DNA from: Octopus vulgaris
Taxonomy: Eukaryota
Assembly (NCBI GenBank): GCA_951406725.2
Contig: OX597835.1
Location: 8,990,001-9,054,000 of the forward strand
Length of the DNA: 64,000 nt
Reading direction: 5' to 3'
Positions 1 to 14,883 of this stretch are shown piece by piece; position 1 is the first letter of the stretch; each line of letters begins with the position of its first letter. The position numbers and the translations under genes are program-made. Below the pieces are notes generated by a model that was not told the origin of the DNA, ran no database searches, and worked only from the letters and a program-made list of their open reading frames with translations.

Positions 1-965
1 TTCGTCATTATTAATGATTAGTCTTGTGTTCCTGTGGTAGAGACATGTTTCACTCCAGCTGTGCAGATAATAGTATTATGTTGATATTTGGAGTAGAATA
101 TCATACAATAAGCTCCCGAAGTTCCTGTTATATCTACAGATATCAAAGTGTTTGCTTTCACAGCGTTGTTATTTCAAGTTCAGTATTGTCGTACGTTCGA
201 TATTTCATATGAGGTTCAGCAACTATTTTCTGTTTCACCAGTTGGTTATAAATTCCAATTATTTTACATGAAGTAGCTTTGCAGTGGTTCACTATTTTTT
301 TAAAGTAAGAAGCGGATTGACATTTTTAAGATCTAACTTATACCTAAGATCTAAATTATTAAGATCTGAAATTTGTAAGATCTAAAGGATCTGCTAAGGA
401 GTTATATGAATAATCTGAAGTTTCCGTACTTTAATGCGGTTAAATGGCGAATGTTTAGGGTTGTTATTAAGATAGTATATAATTCCATTTATCAGTTTGA
501 TGTTGGAACTTAATCATAGAATTAAATATGATGAGAGCTATTCCTAGAACTACACAATATGTTCTATAGATGAAAGGGCGAGATATTTCATATGATCCTT
601 GAAAGGAGATTCTTCTTTCAACTTACCATTAGATGCTAATAATTCTAATTTGATGATGAACGGACTTTTACCGATTAGTAACGTCTGTGGACCTTGACAT
701 ATTTAGATCCATTCAATCCTTTCTCAGAGCTAATTTTTATTACTACATCAAGAGGCTGACTAATAGTATTAAAATGTCTTAGTCATATTCTCAGATCTTA
801 AATTAGTTTTGTAGACTAATTTCTGTTTAGTTATTAATGGAAAACATTTGAAGGATACCATATATTGTGTATTGTTGACTTCAAAATAGCTGCAGAGTGA
901 GGGCATTTGATGCAAGCATGTCTGACGACGTGATTACATTGATTTACTTTTTACTTGTATTTTAT

Positions 966-1347
966 TGGAGGCGCAATGGCCCGGTGGTTAGGGCAGCGGA
1001 CTCGCGGTCGTAGGATCGCGGTTTCGATTCCCAGACCGGGCATTGTGAGTGTTTATTGAGCGAAAACACCTAAAGCTCCACTAGGCTCCGGCAGGGATGG
1101 TGGTGATCCCTGCTGTACTCTTTCACCACAACTTTCTCTCACTCTTACTTCCTGTTTCTGTTGTACCTGTATTTCCAAGGGCCGGCCTTGTCACTCTCTG
1201 TGTCATGCTGAATATCCCCGAGAACTACGTTAAGGGTACACGTGTCTGTGGAGTGCTCAGCCACTTACACGTTAATTTCACGAGCAGGCTGTTCCGTTGA
1301 TTCGGATCAACCGGAACCCTCATCGTCGTAACCGACGGAGTGCTTCC
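966..1347 (+). mobile_element. tRNA-derived SINE, family A (Octopus OR1-like), full length
   Basis: Head GGAGGCGCAATGGCCCGGTGGTTAGGGCAGCGGACTCGCGG with A box and B box (GTTTCGATTCC); 13-bp TSD ACTTGTATTTTAT at 953-965 and 1348-1360; homologues at 28291, 30176, 38338, 52150. Confidence 0.92.
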
Positions 1348-1499
1348 ACTTGTATTTTATATCAGTTTTCCAAACTTTATTGGATGCAATACCTGCAATT
1401 ACATTTTAATCCACTAAATAATCAGGATGACTATGTTTGCCAACGTGGCCAGGTGATGAATGGATAGATATTTCTCAAACATGTATCTAGTTTTCCTAA

Positions 1500-1740
<241 letters not shown>

Positions 1741-1851
1741 TACATATATATATATATATATATATATATGAAGAGAGAGAGAGACAGAGAGACAGAGAGA
1801 CAGAGAGAGAAATACCGCAAAGGACTTCGCCCGGCGTGCTGCCGTTTCTTC

Positions 1852-2054
1852 CATCACACGTTGCTCCAGTCCACTCAGCTGGCAGAAAATGCGAAGTAAC
1901 TGTATTTCAAAGAGCTGGCATTGTCTCACTTTGCGCCACGCCGAATCTCCCTGAGAACTACTTTGAGGGTACACGTGTGCAGTCACTTACACGTTAATTT
2001 CACGGGCAAGCTGTTCAGCTGGGACCCTCGTCGTCGTAACCGACGGATTGCTCC
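1852..2054 (+). mobile_element. 5'-truncated CORE-type SINE, family B (OR2-like)
   Basis: CACGTTGCTCCAGTCCACTCAGCTGGC followed by the 3' tail shared with family A (…GTCGTAACCGACGGA). Confidence 0.8.
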
Positions 2055-4679
2055 TTTAATACACCGAATTCTGTGAAAGTTTTATTTCATTAAATTATCG
2101 TAAATATTTAATCTCTTCATATTATATTATTATGGTTATATCTTGATATTCCATGCCAACCATAGTAGCTTCCCTTCGTTTCTGTTTTTAGTATGAATGG
2201 TATAAAGAAAAAACACTGTATAAAAACGTCAGTCATTAGGTGAGAATTTGCGCTATAATCAATTGAACGGGTCAGCTACACAGAACTGTACCAGTTAAAC
2301 ACCCTTAGATATTCATAAGTCTTACAATAGAAGACGATAAAGATTTTTTTCTGAAAACTAGAATCAATCCTTAAGTGACGTACATCTGATTCTCTCCGTT
2401 ATTCATGTGCATGTTTTAGCTTCGCAGCAGTGAGAATACAATTCTTTAAATACAATTGTGTCGTCTTTTAGCTATGCTATACTGCCTCAAGGTTACTCTA
2501 CACATTGCATCCCTCATGAAAGCTAAATTTAATGCTTTCGCAGGAATTCATTAGGGTGGAATCCGTAGATAAACACCAAATTACTGGTATCAGTTCGCAC
2601 CATTTTTATTTTATTCTTTTGGACACAGAAAAATGATGTTCTACTTGAAAACAACAACAAAATTATAATATAAAATGCTTTGCTTAAAGCAATTTTCTAT
2701 TTTTTAGGAATTTAAATTAAGACAGACTCAACTTTACTATTAACTCCGCTGGAAACTACAAAAATCTATAAAAGTGATATCGATATTCAATATCATCGAA
2801 TTTTCCTTTCTGTATGGTAATGTGCAAAGCTCATTATTATAGGTTCCTTTGTGATCAGTGTAGAATACTACACACATTAGTTGTATGTTCCGTGCAACTG
2901 CTGTTGCACATTTATGCTTCTCTTCCTGATTTAGTCTTCATAATTGTAAAGAGATCAGTTGACATACTATTCAAAGAAATGTGTTAAGAATGTAACCGGG
3001 ACTAACTGTTGGCTTCAAGAGACAAAATACAAGCATCTACTTGGTCGCTGAAACTTAGATTGCTATGCCAGGCAAATCACTCTGAAATCTCTACAGAGTG
3101 TTTTGAATAAGATCTCATATTGGGTATTGTTGTAGAAGACCTCAGACAAAGACAGGACGTTCGTAGTCTTGAAGTCTCTGAAAACAGAGCTCTTCCGTCA
3201 GTATTGACTTGCCTTCAGTTTAAAGGCTTTAATGTTGAATGGATGGGAAACAGTAATGCTTAAGAAATATTTAGTAATAGAATGTTGCGCCCCTGTGAGG
3301 TTGTTTGTGCCTAATACTCTATCACAGCTCACCGCAAAGCCAGGATAGCGTTAGAGTATTTTTGCCATGTTAAGCACATCTGCTGGTTCTCGCATTCTCG
3401 TAATGAAATACCAATTCCATTTTAAAAAAGTTACATCTCGTAACATTTCATGAAATAAATATAAATTGAATATGTTGCTGTAAAAGATTAATTTCAGCAG
3501 ATTTGATCGATTCTTTGATTTATTTGTTAATTTGTTGAATATATAAATATATCAACTCTTAATTTATTAACGGGATGAAGGAATAAACGTTTAGATAAAA
3601 AGTTGATGAGAGGATGAAAGCGCAGTACCACAGCAGCCGCTCAAATATATTCTTGTAGCTTTTTTTTTTTTTTTACTTTTTTCATCGATCTGATTCTTTA
3701 CTCTCTCAAACAAAAACGTTGCTACACCGACTCCAAATATATATCTTACAAGTCACTGGTATCAGTCTCTGCATACTAAAATGCAATTAGTAATATTGCA
3801 TGAGTTTACTAAGTTGTTATGACTTACTTTCAATAGTCATTTGTATATTTTTATATATATTTTTATACCAATATCTCTAAAGTTTTCTGTATAAACCTTA
3901 CACGAAAGCAATATTGTGAAACGTTCTTTTTAAGCCCAGAATGAATTTCCGTTCGACGAAATACAAAGACCGCCCATAAAAATGATGAATGTAACAATAA
4001 TAAAGTAAAAATTAAAAGAAAACCAAAATAAATTCTCTTCAAAACCATAGAAAGAAAATAAAGAAAAAAATCATTCATATTACAGGTTTCAAAATTGAAT
4101 ATCGTAAGTAATTAAGTCACTTTTGAACCTATCGCTATTTGGTTTAAGCTAAACAGGGTTTATTATCATTAAATAAAGGCCGGACATTTGCTATTAAGTC
4201 TTTGAAGTAAGTTAATAGGTTTGTCAAAAGAGAAAGCGTTGTTTAAAAATAAGTACCTCCTGTATATAATTAAGGATAAGTTTCAGGTCAGTGTTAAATA
4301 ATTCAAATCACGTAGCAGCGTTCCGAGTAATTGAACCTTCAATCATGTCTCGTCTTTCGTCTGATTTCATGTGCGTCTCTGTTCGTAGAGATAAGAGTGC
4401 GCACACACAAACACACATATATATATATATATTTGCGAAAGTGTGTGCATACACATTTCAATATAATTATATTGGACTTTATGGGAAATATTTCATCTAA
4501 GACAGGGAAATTTACGTTAGGTATAGGAGTATAGCAATATTATATATATATATGCGTGTGTGTGTGTATGAGTATCTGTGTGTGCGTGTGAGTGTTTGTA
4601 TGCGTATATGTATGTATATTTATTTCTATACATGTAAGTAGGTATGCACACCTTCAAATATACACTCGTATACACACAC

Positions 4680-5100
<421 letters not shown>

Positions 5101-5709
5101 ATGTGATTGTCTGCGTGTGTGTTCAAACTGCAGTTCACAACGGTTCTGCATAAATTCTAATCCAATAATAATTCTTACTAAACCTACAAGTTAATCGTTA
5201 CTGTGACTGCACAGCATGATGTGTTTCTGAGAGTACTGTAAATATAAGGTCGATCAGATTAAATTCTTGCCTCCTTTGATCTTCAGATGAAGAAATACCC
5301 ATCTCGAGTCCACAGAAAAATCAAAGCTTTACTTATTTATGGTCTAATATGTGTGATAATTTTCTCATGATTTGTTGCAGGCAATGCTCCTGTGGTGTTC
5401 GAGTGGGTCAAGAAGTCTATCGTTCAATATTAATTTAATACAGGAAAAAAGTCTGTGACAAATGGAGAGAAAAAGCGTCAAGCAGATGGAGAGATGGATG
5501 AAATCTCTGCTGTACTCTAATCAAAGTTTTAATAACTATATTAAAGAATATTCTAGATGCAATGATTATCTCTCCGCCTAGGAAGATGCGGTCGTATTGG
5601 GAACTACCGTTGAATGCTAACCAATAGAAATATCACCAGGACTGGATGACATTCTATAAGAAAGTTTTAGAGTGTCGTGTTACACTATTGTTCAACTGCT
5701 AGTAAAATG

Positions 5710-5965
5710 CCGTGGTTAGAGCGTCGTGAGGTTGTGAGCTCGAATCCCGGACCGGGTTGCATGTTGTGTTCTTGAGCAAGACACTTTATTTCACGTTGGT
5801 CAAGTTCACTCAGCTGTAGAAATGAGTTGCGACGTCACAGGTGCCAAGCTGTATCGGCCCTTGCCTTTCCCTTGGACAACATCGGTGACGTGGAGAGGGG
5901 AGGCCGGTATGCATGGGCGACTGCTGGTCTTCCATAAAACAACCTTGCCCAGACTTGTGCCTCAG
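5710..5965 (+). mobile_element. CORE-type SINE, family B body with an alternative 3' tail
   Basis: tRNA-like head remnant, then TTGTGTTCTTGAGCAAGACACTTTATTTCACGTTG…CACTCAGCTGTAGAAATGAGT; tail unlike 39698 and 51617. Confidence 0.75.
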
Positions 5966-6191
5966 TGTCTGACCGAAGCGGGTCACCACCAAAATACCGA
6001 TACTCTGCAAGGCATGAGCGAGAATAATATTGTTATTCATCTTTGACAACATACTGGAGAGAAGTGACTGTAACACCTAACTACAGTCGTTAACTTTTCA
6101 AAGCAGTGTTCGGGCAACTCTGAAGAGCGCCATTTTGCGAAGCCTGCAAAAAAGTATTACAAAAGTAAGTCCTCTGTCTAAAATTACAAAG

Positions 6192-6670
6192 AAGGCTGGG
6201 ATATTCTACATTCGGTACATGCAACAGAATTGAAAATATCGAAGATGAAGGTTAACGTCGCTGGGGGCCAGTCGGTTAGATCTACCCCACTACGCAACTG
6301 GTACTTAACTTATCGACCTCGAAAGGATGAAAGGCAAAGTCGACCTCGGCGGAATTCGAACTCAGAATGTAAAGACCGCTAAGCATTTCGCCCGGCGTGT
6401 TAACGTTTCTGCCAGCAACAAAGTATTACAAATATAAGGCTGGGATATTCTACTTTCGGTACATGCAACAGAATTAAAAATATCGAAGATGAAGGTGAAC
6501 GTCGCTGGGGGCCAGTCGATTAGATCTACCCCACTACGCAACTGGTACTTAATTTATCGACCTCGAAAGGATGAAAGGCAAAGTCGACCTCGGCAGAATT
6601 CGAACTCAGAATGTAAAGACCGCTAAGCATTTCGCCCGGCGTGCTAACGTTTCTTCCAGCTCGCCACCTC
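6192..6670. repeat. Local tandem duplication (~244-bp period), each unit containing a partial family D SINE on the minus strand
   Basis: AAGGCTGGGATATTCTAC at 6192 and 6436; both units continue into AACTGGTACTTAA…GGCAAAGTCGACCTCGGC. Confidence 0.9.
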
Positions 6671-7194
6671 ATCGGAAGAATATATTGTTGGTAACGTTTC
6701 ATCTTTTTTCTTTTTAGCGACGTTACTTGAAATATAGATGTTTGGATAGATAAATTCCTTAACCTTTTGGAGAATGAATCTATCTCGTTGATTACTTATT
6801 TGCTGCAACACCTGCGCGTGATTTATTATGGACTAAATCCTTTCTTTTTTTCTACCTAATTGTATTCATTTACTTGCGTCATTCTTGACTTTATTAAATG
6901 TATCATTTACTTATGCTTCATCATCAAAATAATCTTCATCATCATCATCGTTATCAGCATCAACAGCATCAGCATTATCGTCGTCATTGCTGTTCTTGTT
7001 GTTGGCATCATCACAATCGCACACATCACAACCAGCATGAGTACCGCCAATGGCCCCATCAATGCCAGTTCTTCATTCAATATCGATTTGTATTTGGATC
7101 TCCAATAAGGTAACTACTGTAGAGGGTTTCGATGAGAAATGGTCGAAGTAGTGAAGATGCTGGATCCATGAAAGTGATGATGACGGTGAGGGGG

Positions 7195-7377
7195 AAGGAG
7201 AGAAGAGGAAGAAGAAGAAGAGGAAGAAAAGAAGAAGACGAAAGAAAGGAAGAAAGAAAAATAAGTAGAAGAACAACAAGAAAAAAGAAAAAGGAGTAGT
7301 AGAAGAAGGAGAAGAAGAAGAAAGAAAAAGAAGGAGAAGAAGAAGAAGAAGAAGAAGAAGAAGAAGAAGAAGAAGAA
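7195..7377. repeat. (GAA)n purine-rich microsatellite
   Basis: Direct reading. Confidence 0.95.
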
Positions 7378-7399
7378 TGGATTTGCAAATGAAAATAAC

Positions 7400-7950
7400 A
7401 TGCCCTGATGCAGGCAGTGGCTCTCATGGCTTCTGATCTTAACTGATTGGAAGTGTTACCATGTACATTGTTTTGTCTTGGTATAAAAGATGCGCTACAG
7501 CAAATATTCTGCTCAAAACCACAGATTTGCTTGTCAGTTGTTAGACCTTAACCAGTTGAGCATGTCCTTTAGTGGCTGACGATATGTGCATCTCTGATAA
7601 CGAGCAGAAATAGTGGGGGAGCATCGTATCCATGTGTTGAGAGGGATTCTTTGGGGCTTGAATAATTCACCTCTGGAAACATGGGTGGTTCTTTCATCAT
7701 CCTTAAACAAACCTTATTCAGGGACCTTTTGAGCAGGATGAGCTACTGAACCTGCAGAAAATTCTAACTGGGCCTATCATCAAAGTCATGCACTGTTTAT
7801 CTTGATATAAGATCTCCATGTCGCGCACATATCGTTGTGATGCATGTGCCTGGTGTACCTTTATCAGACGGGTAGTCATGATGGGTATACTGGGATTCAT
7901 ATATTTTACTCCAGTCTCACTTTGGAGGTATGTCCTGCTCTCTCACTCAA
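7400..7950 (+). mobile_element. Probable interspersed repeat ending in an (AAT)n tract (possible non-LTR retroelement 3' UTR)
   Basis: More GC-balanced block between two microsatellites that runs directly into (AAT)n; single copy in the window, so identity is inferred only. Confidence 0.3.
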
Positions 7951-7954
7951 TAAA

Positions 7955-8133
<179 letters not shown>

Positions 8134-8935
8134 TCCTTTAGGTACAAGGCCTGGATTTTTGGGGAGAGGCGGGGAAATCGATCACATCGACTGGCCACCC
8201 CCGCTAAAATTTCAGGTCTTGTGCCAGTAGTAGAAAAAGGAAAGAAATGATTCTGCCAGCTGGCCACCTTGTTATCGATTACGATAAACGTTATTTATTT
8301 TCCACTACTTTTACCAACTTCATTCCCTTTTCTCTATCCATCCAATAATTCTGATTTCTCATCGTCATCGTCATCATCGCCATCTTCATCGTCACCATCA
8401 ACATCTTCAAAAACATCATCTTCTTCAACAATAACTGCAATAACAATCAGCATCTTCATGCTCTCGGCCTTAAACATTCTCATAGTGATGATAATATTAT
8501 TTAAAAAATGTTTCCGACGATGAATTTCTCGTCTGGCAACGCAGCCGATGTATTTGATACTTTGACACACAAGTAAACATACGTAAACATTATTCTGCAT
8601 TGGGGTTTCTCATATTCTACTCAGTATGGCATCAAAATCAATTGAGTGTCTGCGAACCGCAATTAAACAAACAATAGATTACTCAACGCAAATCGTTTTT
8701 ATTACGTCTTATTTTTTATCAGGGAAAATACTTTTGAATACAAAATAAATATAAAAATAAAAAAGCATCTGATATTTGAGTCTAAATTCAGAACTTTTTC
8801 ACGATAAATATCATTCCATTGCTGTCAGCCATTCACTTTAAAAACTTAAAAGGTACAAGGGTATATATCTATGTATTTTCGTGTAACTGTCTAATACGTT
8901 GCTGTCACAGATATGTGCATGTATCAGTGCCGTAC

Positions 8936-8946
8936 AGTAGTAGTAT

Positions 8947-8980
<34 letters not shown>

Positions 8981-9272
8981 GGTGGTGGTGGTGGTGGTGG
9001 TGGAAGAGGTGGTGGTGGTGGTAGTGTTGGAGATGGTGGTGGTGGTGGAAGTGGAGGTGGTGGTGGTGGAAGTGGAGGTGGTGGTGGTGGAAGTGGAGGT
9101 GGTGGAGGTGGTAGTGTTGGAGGTTGTGGTGGTGGTGGTTTTGGCGGTGGAGGTGGAGGTAGTGGTGGTCGTGGTGGTGGAGGTGGTGGAGGTGGTGGTG
9201 GTGGTCGTGGTGGTGTGGTCGTGGTGGTGGTCGTGGTGGTCGTGGTTGTGGTGGTCGTGGTGGAGGTGGTGA
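8936..9272. repeat. (AGT)n/(GGT)n compound trinucleotide repeat
   Basis: Direct reading; explains the poly-G, poly-V and poly-H ORFs. Confidence 0.95.
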
Positions 9273-9469
9273 TATTTCTGTTTTGTAGACTGAATTTATG
9301 GACATGGTCAATAAGGAACCGCTACAGAAGCTCTCAAACAGCATAAAAATAACAACATAATCATGTATACGATGTTGCTCTTAGACATATCTTAAGTAAT
9401 AAGGGAAATTATCTAACAAACTTAAATAACCTCAACTATTTCACTGCTAAAGTTGTAACTGCTCAGCTA

Positions 9470-10090
9470 GGTATCAGGAAGACACAGACCTCTTAAGTAG
9501 AAAAAAATCGATAGAAAAAGAGATCGAATCTCTACAGGTGGATGCATTAGTTCTCGATGAACTTGCTAGAGTAAATGTTAAGACAAAACGCGCAAGAAAA
9601 ATTAAGCAGAAATATAAAATCAAAGATTTTAGAAACCTCCCAGCAACCAAAGAACAATTGAAACAACGAATCCAACTGAAAGCCCAACAGCTCAGAAGGC
9701 ATGATGAAAGAATCAAATTTTATCGACAAAACATGATATTCAAGACGGATGTAGAGAAATTTCATGAGGAAATTGGCAAAAGTAAGATAGAAGTAAAAGA
9801 GCCACTTAAGGCTGAAGAAGTGGAAGAATTCAGGAAGAAGATTGGGACCAACAAAGGAGAATATGATGGTAAAGCTGACTCGATATAACGTGTGAAAGTG
9901 AGATTGGATGAAGTTGAAGAGCAGAAATGGGAGGAAATAGGAGGAGAAGAGCTAAGATGTGTTCTTAGAAAGTCTCACAAAGGGAAAACTCCGGGACTGG
10001 ACCGAATTCCTAGCTTCTGACTAAATTGTCTGACAAAAGTACACCAAAAGTACGTTGCATCTCTGACTGATGTCATCCAAAACTCAGAGC
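9470..10090 (+). mobile_element. Degraded non-LTR retrotransposon fragment, R4/Dong-like (region N-terminal to RT)
   Basis: ORF 9538-9888 KEQLKQRIQLKAQQLRRHDERIKFYRQNMIFKTD…EEVEEFRKKIG; continues past stops as EQKWEEI…LRKSHKGKTPGLDRIPSF, matching the WK.PG.D.I.NFW motif before the RT. Confidence 0.75.
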
Positions 10091-10460
10091 ATGCTGATAT
10101 ACACATGCTGATATAAGACCTACGTTGGACTCCTCATTCGCATAATCACCGAACCTGGAACTTAACTATAGTCTATCCATAGCACTTACACAGCATTACC
10201 TGATACCTTTAGGTTTTATTGACACTTCTCATAACCAACATTTGTAGAAAATAGAAATAAACAGTCTCTGACTGCTATTTCTAATTTTTTCGGTATGCGG
10301 CTAAGCAACCTGTTGCCTGCCTCTTTTATTTATATACAAATATATATATACTGAACTTTATAGAAGTTCCTACCGTTAATGGTTATATTTACATGCCGAA
10401 ATCTACCAGTAAATAATTGTTGGGTTTTTTTACAAACCATTAAAGATATTATTTACTCTC

Positions 10461-10535
<75 letters not shown>

Positions 10536-10547
10536 TATATATATAGT

Positions 10548-10972
10548 AGTTATAGCTATATAAAAGGGAGATCTCAGTAGGTAAGAAGAATTGACGGCAA
10601 TCTATCATACAATATTAAGTATCTACGGAGAGTGAAATCAAGTTTTAGAAGCATAAGAATTAAATATTAAATATTTAATTCTTATGCTTTCCTAAAAACT
10701 TGATTTCGAATGGTCGTAGATAACTTAAAATTGTATGATAGATCCGTCAATCATTCTCTTTACCTGTTTGTGTCTGTTCAATTGGTGTGTTTTTACTGAG
10801 ATCTCCTTAGTAGAAGAAATAGCTATAACTCTTTGATATAAATATTCGTTGCTAAACCCTTTATTGCTTATATTACTTAAATTTTCCTCGAATGAGGCTT
10901 TTACATGCCGAGACTACTTGTGTAATTGATAATTATTCCAAATTAATTAATTTCACCCTTCATTATTACGGA

Positions 10973-10978
<6 letters not shown>
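10548..10978. mobile_element. Fold-back insert between (TA)n tracts (Penelope-like inverted pLTR candidate)
   Basis: Imperfect inverted arms ~10548-10667 and ~10669-10830; left arm lacks ~29 bp; unique tail to 10978 with a decayed hammerhead-like GAATGA-GGC…GCC-GAGAC. Confidence 0.55.
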
Positions 10979-11028
<50 letters not shown>

Positions 11029-12814
11029 AATAAATATAGTATATATATACATGTATATATGTATGTACCTATGTTTGTATATATATATATATATATTCTT
11101 TTATTATGTTGTGTCTGGGGAGAGTCATTCTCTGTTGGTGCCTTACAATTCAACACACTCGACAGTAAAGATTCCACTTATCTCATTTTGTATTTTTCTA
11201 AAATGTTCGTTGCGTCTTGCAACCTATTCAATAGTTTTGACTCTTTACGTTACTCTCACTGCTCGAGAAACTTTTAAAATAATCAAAACATTTAGGATTC
11301 GAATAAATTAGTGACGGAGGTGATTCGAGATCAGTGAAAGAGGGGAGAGGCTGGAGATTCGTGGGAACGCGAAAGTTCCAACATTTCTGGCAAAGAAAGA
11401 CTTTCATTGTATCAGGAGATGTTTAAGGGAAAAATAGTTTCTAAACCTATCAACAGGAGTTTCCTTTCCTACATGTTTTTTCCTCTCCCAGCAGTACTCC
11501 TACATAACCCAAGTCGATGTTTCTGCTCCATAGCTACTTAGTTTCACATGTGCACGCTCATTCAGGATCTCGTGAAGAAATCGGTCTGAGTATTATATTA
11601 GAGCCTGAACGACTCCACACGATTGAAGCTCCGAGTATTTGTAAGCTAAATCATCCAATTCACACAAACTCGCTTACATGTGTTGAGTTCACTTTTTCTA
11701 GGTTTTCTCTTCTAAACATACATTCATTCTCTGAGAAGACATCTTAGTTTGGAATTGGTTTGTTTACAAAAATCTCCCCAGTCTTTCAAAATGGTAAATA
11801 TTGGCTTTTTGACAGCTTCTGATGTTGGCATCGTATGAAAATCAGACCCGAGTCTAATATTCAAATGTCTACTTTAAATGCCTATAAATCTTAATAGACG
11901 TATTTAATCGGTTTATATAAAGCTTACGGTTTATAAAACATCACAGATATACGTTCATAATATTTGGGTCACATGAAATTATTACCACGCACAAGAAGCA
12001 GAGTAACTTGTAACTGTAACCTCGAGAAATCCTGAGCAGATGTACAAAAGAGCCTGACATCAGCAAGCCGTGTTCCGGTCAGTGAGAGGACCATTTTGGA
12101 GAGAAATGATTTCATTGATGGGGAAGGTTTTTTATTTTTTTATTTTTATTGATTCAAACCCACAATTTTCTAACGAAATGGTACTTGTTTATAACTCTTT
12201 AGACATGCAACTCACTGAGAAATTTTCCCAACGGAAACCTGTGAAGGTGAGCCTTTACTTTGAGATGAGTCAAAACTGATTTCATCTCTCTAATCTTATA
12301 TTTAGATTTTTTAATCTGAATTGCGATAAAGAGATTATGTCTTAGATTTAGACAGATTTAGAAATATAGTCGAGTTTTCTTTTTAAAATGAAATGGCGAA
12401 AGTAAGGCGAGATGGTTTTAAAGTGTTGAGAATTCTTTAATTTTGATAGTACCGTGTGTGTGTTTGTGTGTGTGTGTGTGACACTTTACTGGTTTTACTT
12501 TTCGAATTTCTTACCAGCTAAACAATACTAGGTTTCCAGCGTAGAAAAACCTCTCTTTCGCTGGCATTTGGACAACTACATCAGGGTAGTGTATCATGCG
12601 TGTAAGTCTGCATATACAGATATAGGTGTAGGTATCACACCTGAGTGCAAGTATTGGTGTCATTACATATGGGGATCTATGCGTTTTGACGGATTTATAC
12701 ATATGTTTCCTTGTCTATAAATGTGTAATAAATACACCTATTGCACATTAAACTGCTAAAATTTTGACTTATTTTGACAGTGTCTTTGATAGTTGTAGTT
12801 CCTTGGTTAGGCGT

Positions 12815-13458
12815 CGTCTTTCTACTTTCATCAGTTGATGAATTGGCAATAAAGCTTAGTTCAAACCATACAACTGTTCATCGTCATCTTCATGAAACTT
12901 CGCGGAAAAAAGGGTCTTCTCTCTATCTGGTGGGATTGCAAAGGTGTAATTCACTTTGAATTGTTACCACCTAATGCAACAATCAATGCCAAAGTCTACT
13001 GTCAGCAATTAGAGTGTTTTGAACAAAGCTTTGAAGAAAAACAGACCTGCTTTAGTGAATCGAAATGGAGTGATGTTTCATTAGGACAATGCGCGACTCC
13101 ACACTGCAAAGTTCACATCACAGAAGATCGAAGAGCTTGGCTGGGAAAAAAATCCTCATCCAGCTTATTCTTCCCACCTTGCTCCTTCAGACAAACCATT
13201 TGTTTCGTAGTTTACAGAATCATTTGGAAGATAAAACTTTCGCGTGCCAGGAGGAGGTCGAAATTGACATTTCAGAGTTCTTCGCTTTGAAACCAAAAGA
13301 GTTTTACATTGATGGGATTAAAAAGCTTGTAAGTAGACGGAAATAAGTCATAGATAATCAGGGAACGTACATTGATGATTAAATTTCAATTAAATATAAC
13401 ATTTGATCACTTGTTTTCTTTATTCAAAATTCGGACAGAACTTATGGGATGACCTGAT
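12815..13458 (+). mobile_element. Mariner (Tc1/mariner) transposon, degraded 3' half with right TIR
   Basis: LLSIWWDCKGVIHFELLPPNATINAKVYCQQL; frameshifted DNA.PH and HPAYS..LAPSD; HLFRSLQNHL…FYIDGIKKLVSR; terminus CGGACAGAACTTATGGGATGACCTGAT. Confidence 0.92.
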
Positions 13459-14883
13459 GTTCAGAAACATTATTCCTTTCATTAGACATTTAAAGCTACA
13501 CACAAAGTATTTCCTAAATTCTAAATTGTATCATTTTCTATTGCAATTTCTCAAAACATTATTTATGAGTAATTGCTTTTCTTCATAAACTGAATTGTCT
13601 TCATGTATTTTTCCTGATTTTTCCCATTTTCTCTTAAGTACTCTGTATCGTCTTCCTTTTTCGTTAATCTCGTAAATTTGCTTGGCGTCAGATTTGTTTA
13701 TATAATTCAAGTTAATTTATGTCTTGCAGATTCTAAACTTCCTGCTTTTATATATATTTTATTTTTTCAAACTTTCATTTTATGCGCAATTGCTTTTGGT
13801 GTTAAGGACGCAAGAGGAGGAATATTTTGACACTAGTGACATCTTAGTATTCAATTTTTCTAAAGTTTAAGACCCAAAATTAAAATGAAATGTTGCCTAA
13901 ACTCAGAATTATGATTACGATTGCAGATATTTAACATATTTTGAAAATATTGTGTATTCCAATTTGCTTCCGATTTTGGACAAACAAATTTTCAAGGGAA
14001 AAATAATCTAAAAAATGCAACGAAAAAGGAAAATGGATTATGTATTAGTTAGCCCCAGGGCGGCCCTAGCAGAACAACGTCATGGTTGTGTTGTTGTTGC
14101 TTAGCTGCAGCTCAGCTCTGAGCCATTTATATTTGCATTTCCTTCTTGTTTTTGATGTCGATGCTGTTGCTGTTGCTGTTGTTGTTGTTGTCGATCGCCT
14201 CATTGGTTGTAGTTGTGATCTTCGTGTTGTTATATAACCCCCCGGTCAGAGTGAAACTGGTCTTCCCTATGTTTGCGTTTGGTTGTTGTTTTTGGTTTTG
14301 TGGTTTGTTCCTTTCTTTACAAGGTAAGACGTGACTAAGCATCAGTAGGATTACGCTACGCTACGCTGTTGTTTTTCAGACACAGGTCAGCGCTGATTCA
14401 CAAACGATTCCATTTTGTTCTCGTCGCCATAGTTACTGTATTTTTGTTGTTTTCTTGATGTTGTTGTTTACTCGAAATTCCACTATTATCCGCTCTATGA
14501 TTGCCTTAGTTTGGTGCTTATGATCGCAATAGTATAATGCAAAATGACGTGATATGCTCTATTGACCGTCTTACAATTAATTTATTGTTACATTTAATTA
14601 TAACACGCCTACTACACTTTATTTTAATTACAAATTTTAATTCTTATGATATTGACATTTCTCATGAAAAAGTGAACCCTGCCTAACCATACACTTGAGA
14701 AAGTATTTTTCAGTCTATATTTTAGTTGGGCGAGCAAACATTTAACGTTTCCTGCTTTCACTTTCTGGCCAACTTAAGAAAGTGTAGTAAAGTTACGTTA
14801 ATATTCAATGGAAGAAATTGAACTTCAGATTTTCTTCATGGAAGCTTAGCATATCAACTCCATCATATATCATTCATCCTCAT

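Noticed and set aside
966-1040. Functional tRNA genes at SINE heads
   Set aside because: A and B boxes are present, but they continue into SINE bodies with TSDs and have no proper acceptor stem
6115-6150. Isolated CTGANGA motifs (922, 5278, 6120, 17065, 55023, 57186)
   Set aside because: No convincing combination of stem II, GAAA, NUH and stem I; expected by chance
9538-9888. Host gene for the 116-aa ORF
   Set aside because: Matches a retrotransposon pre-RT region and is followed by in-frame stops
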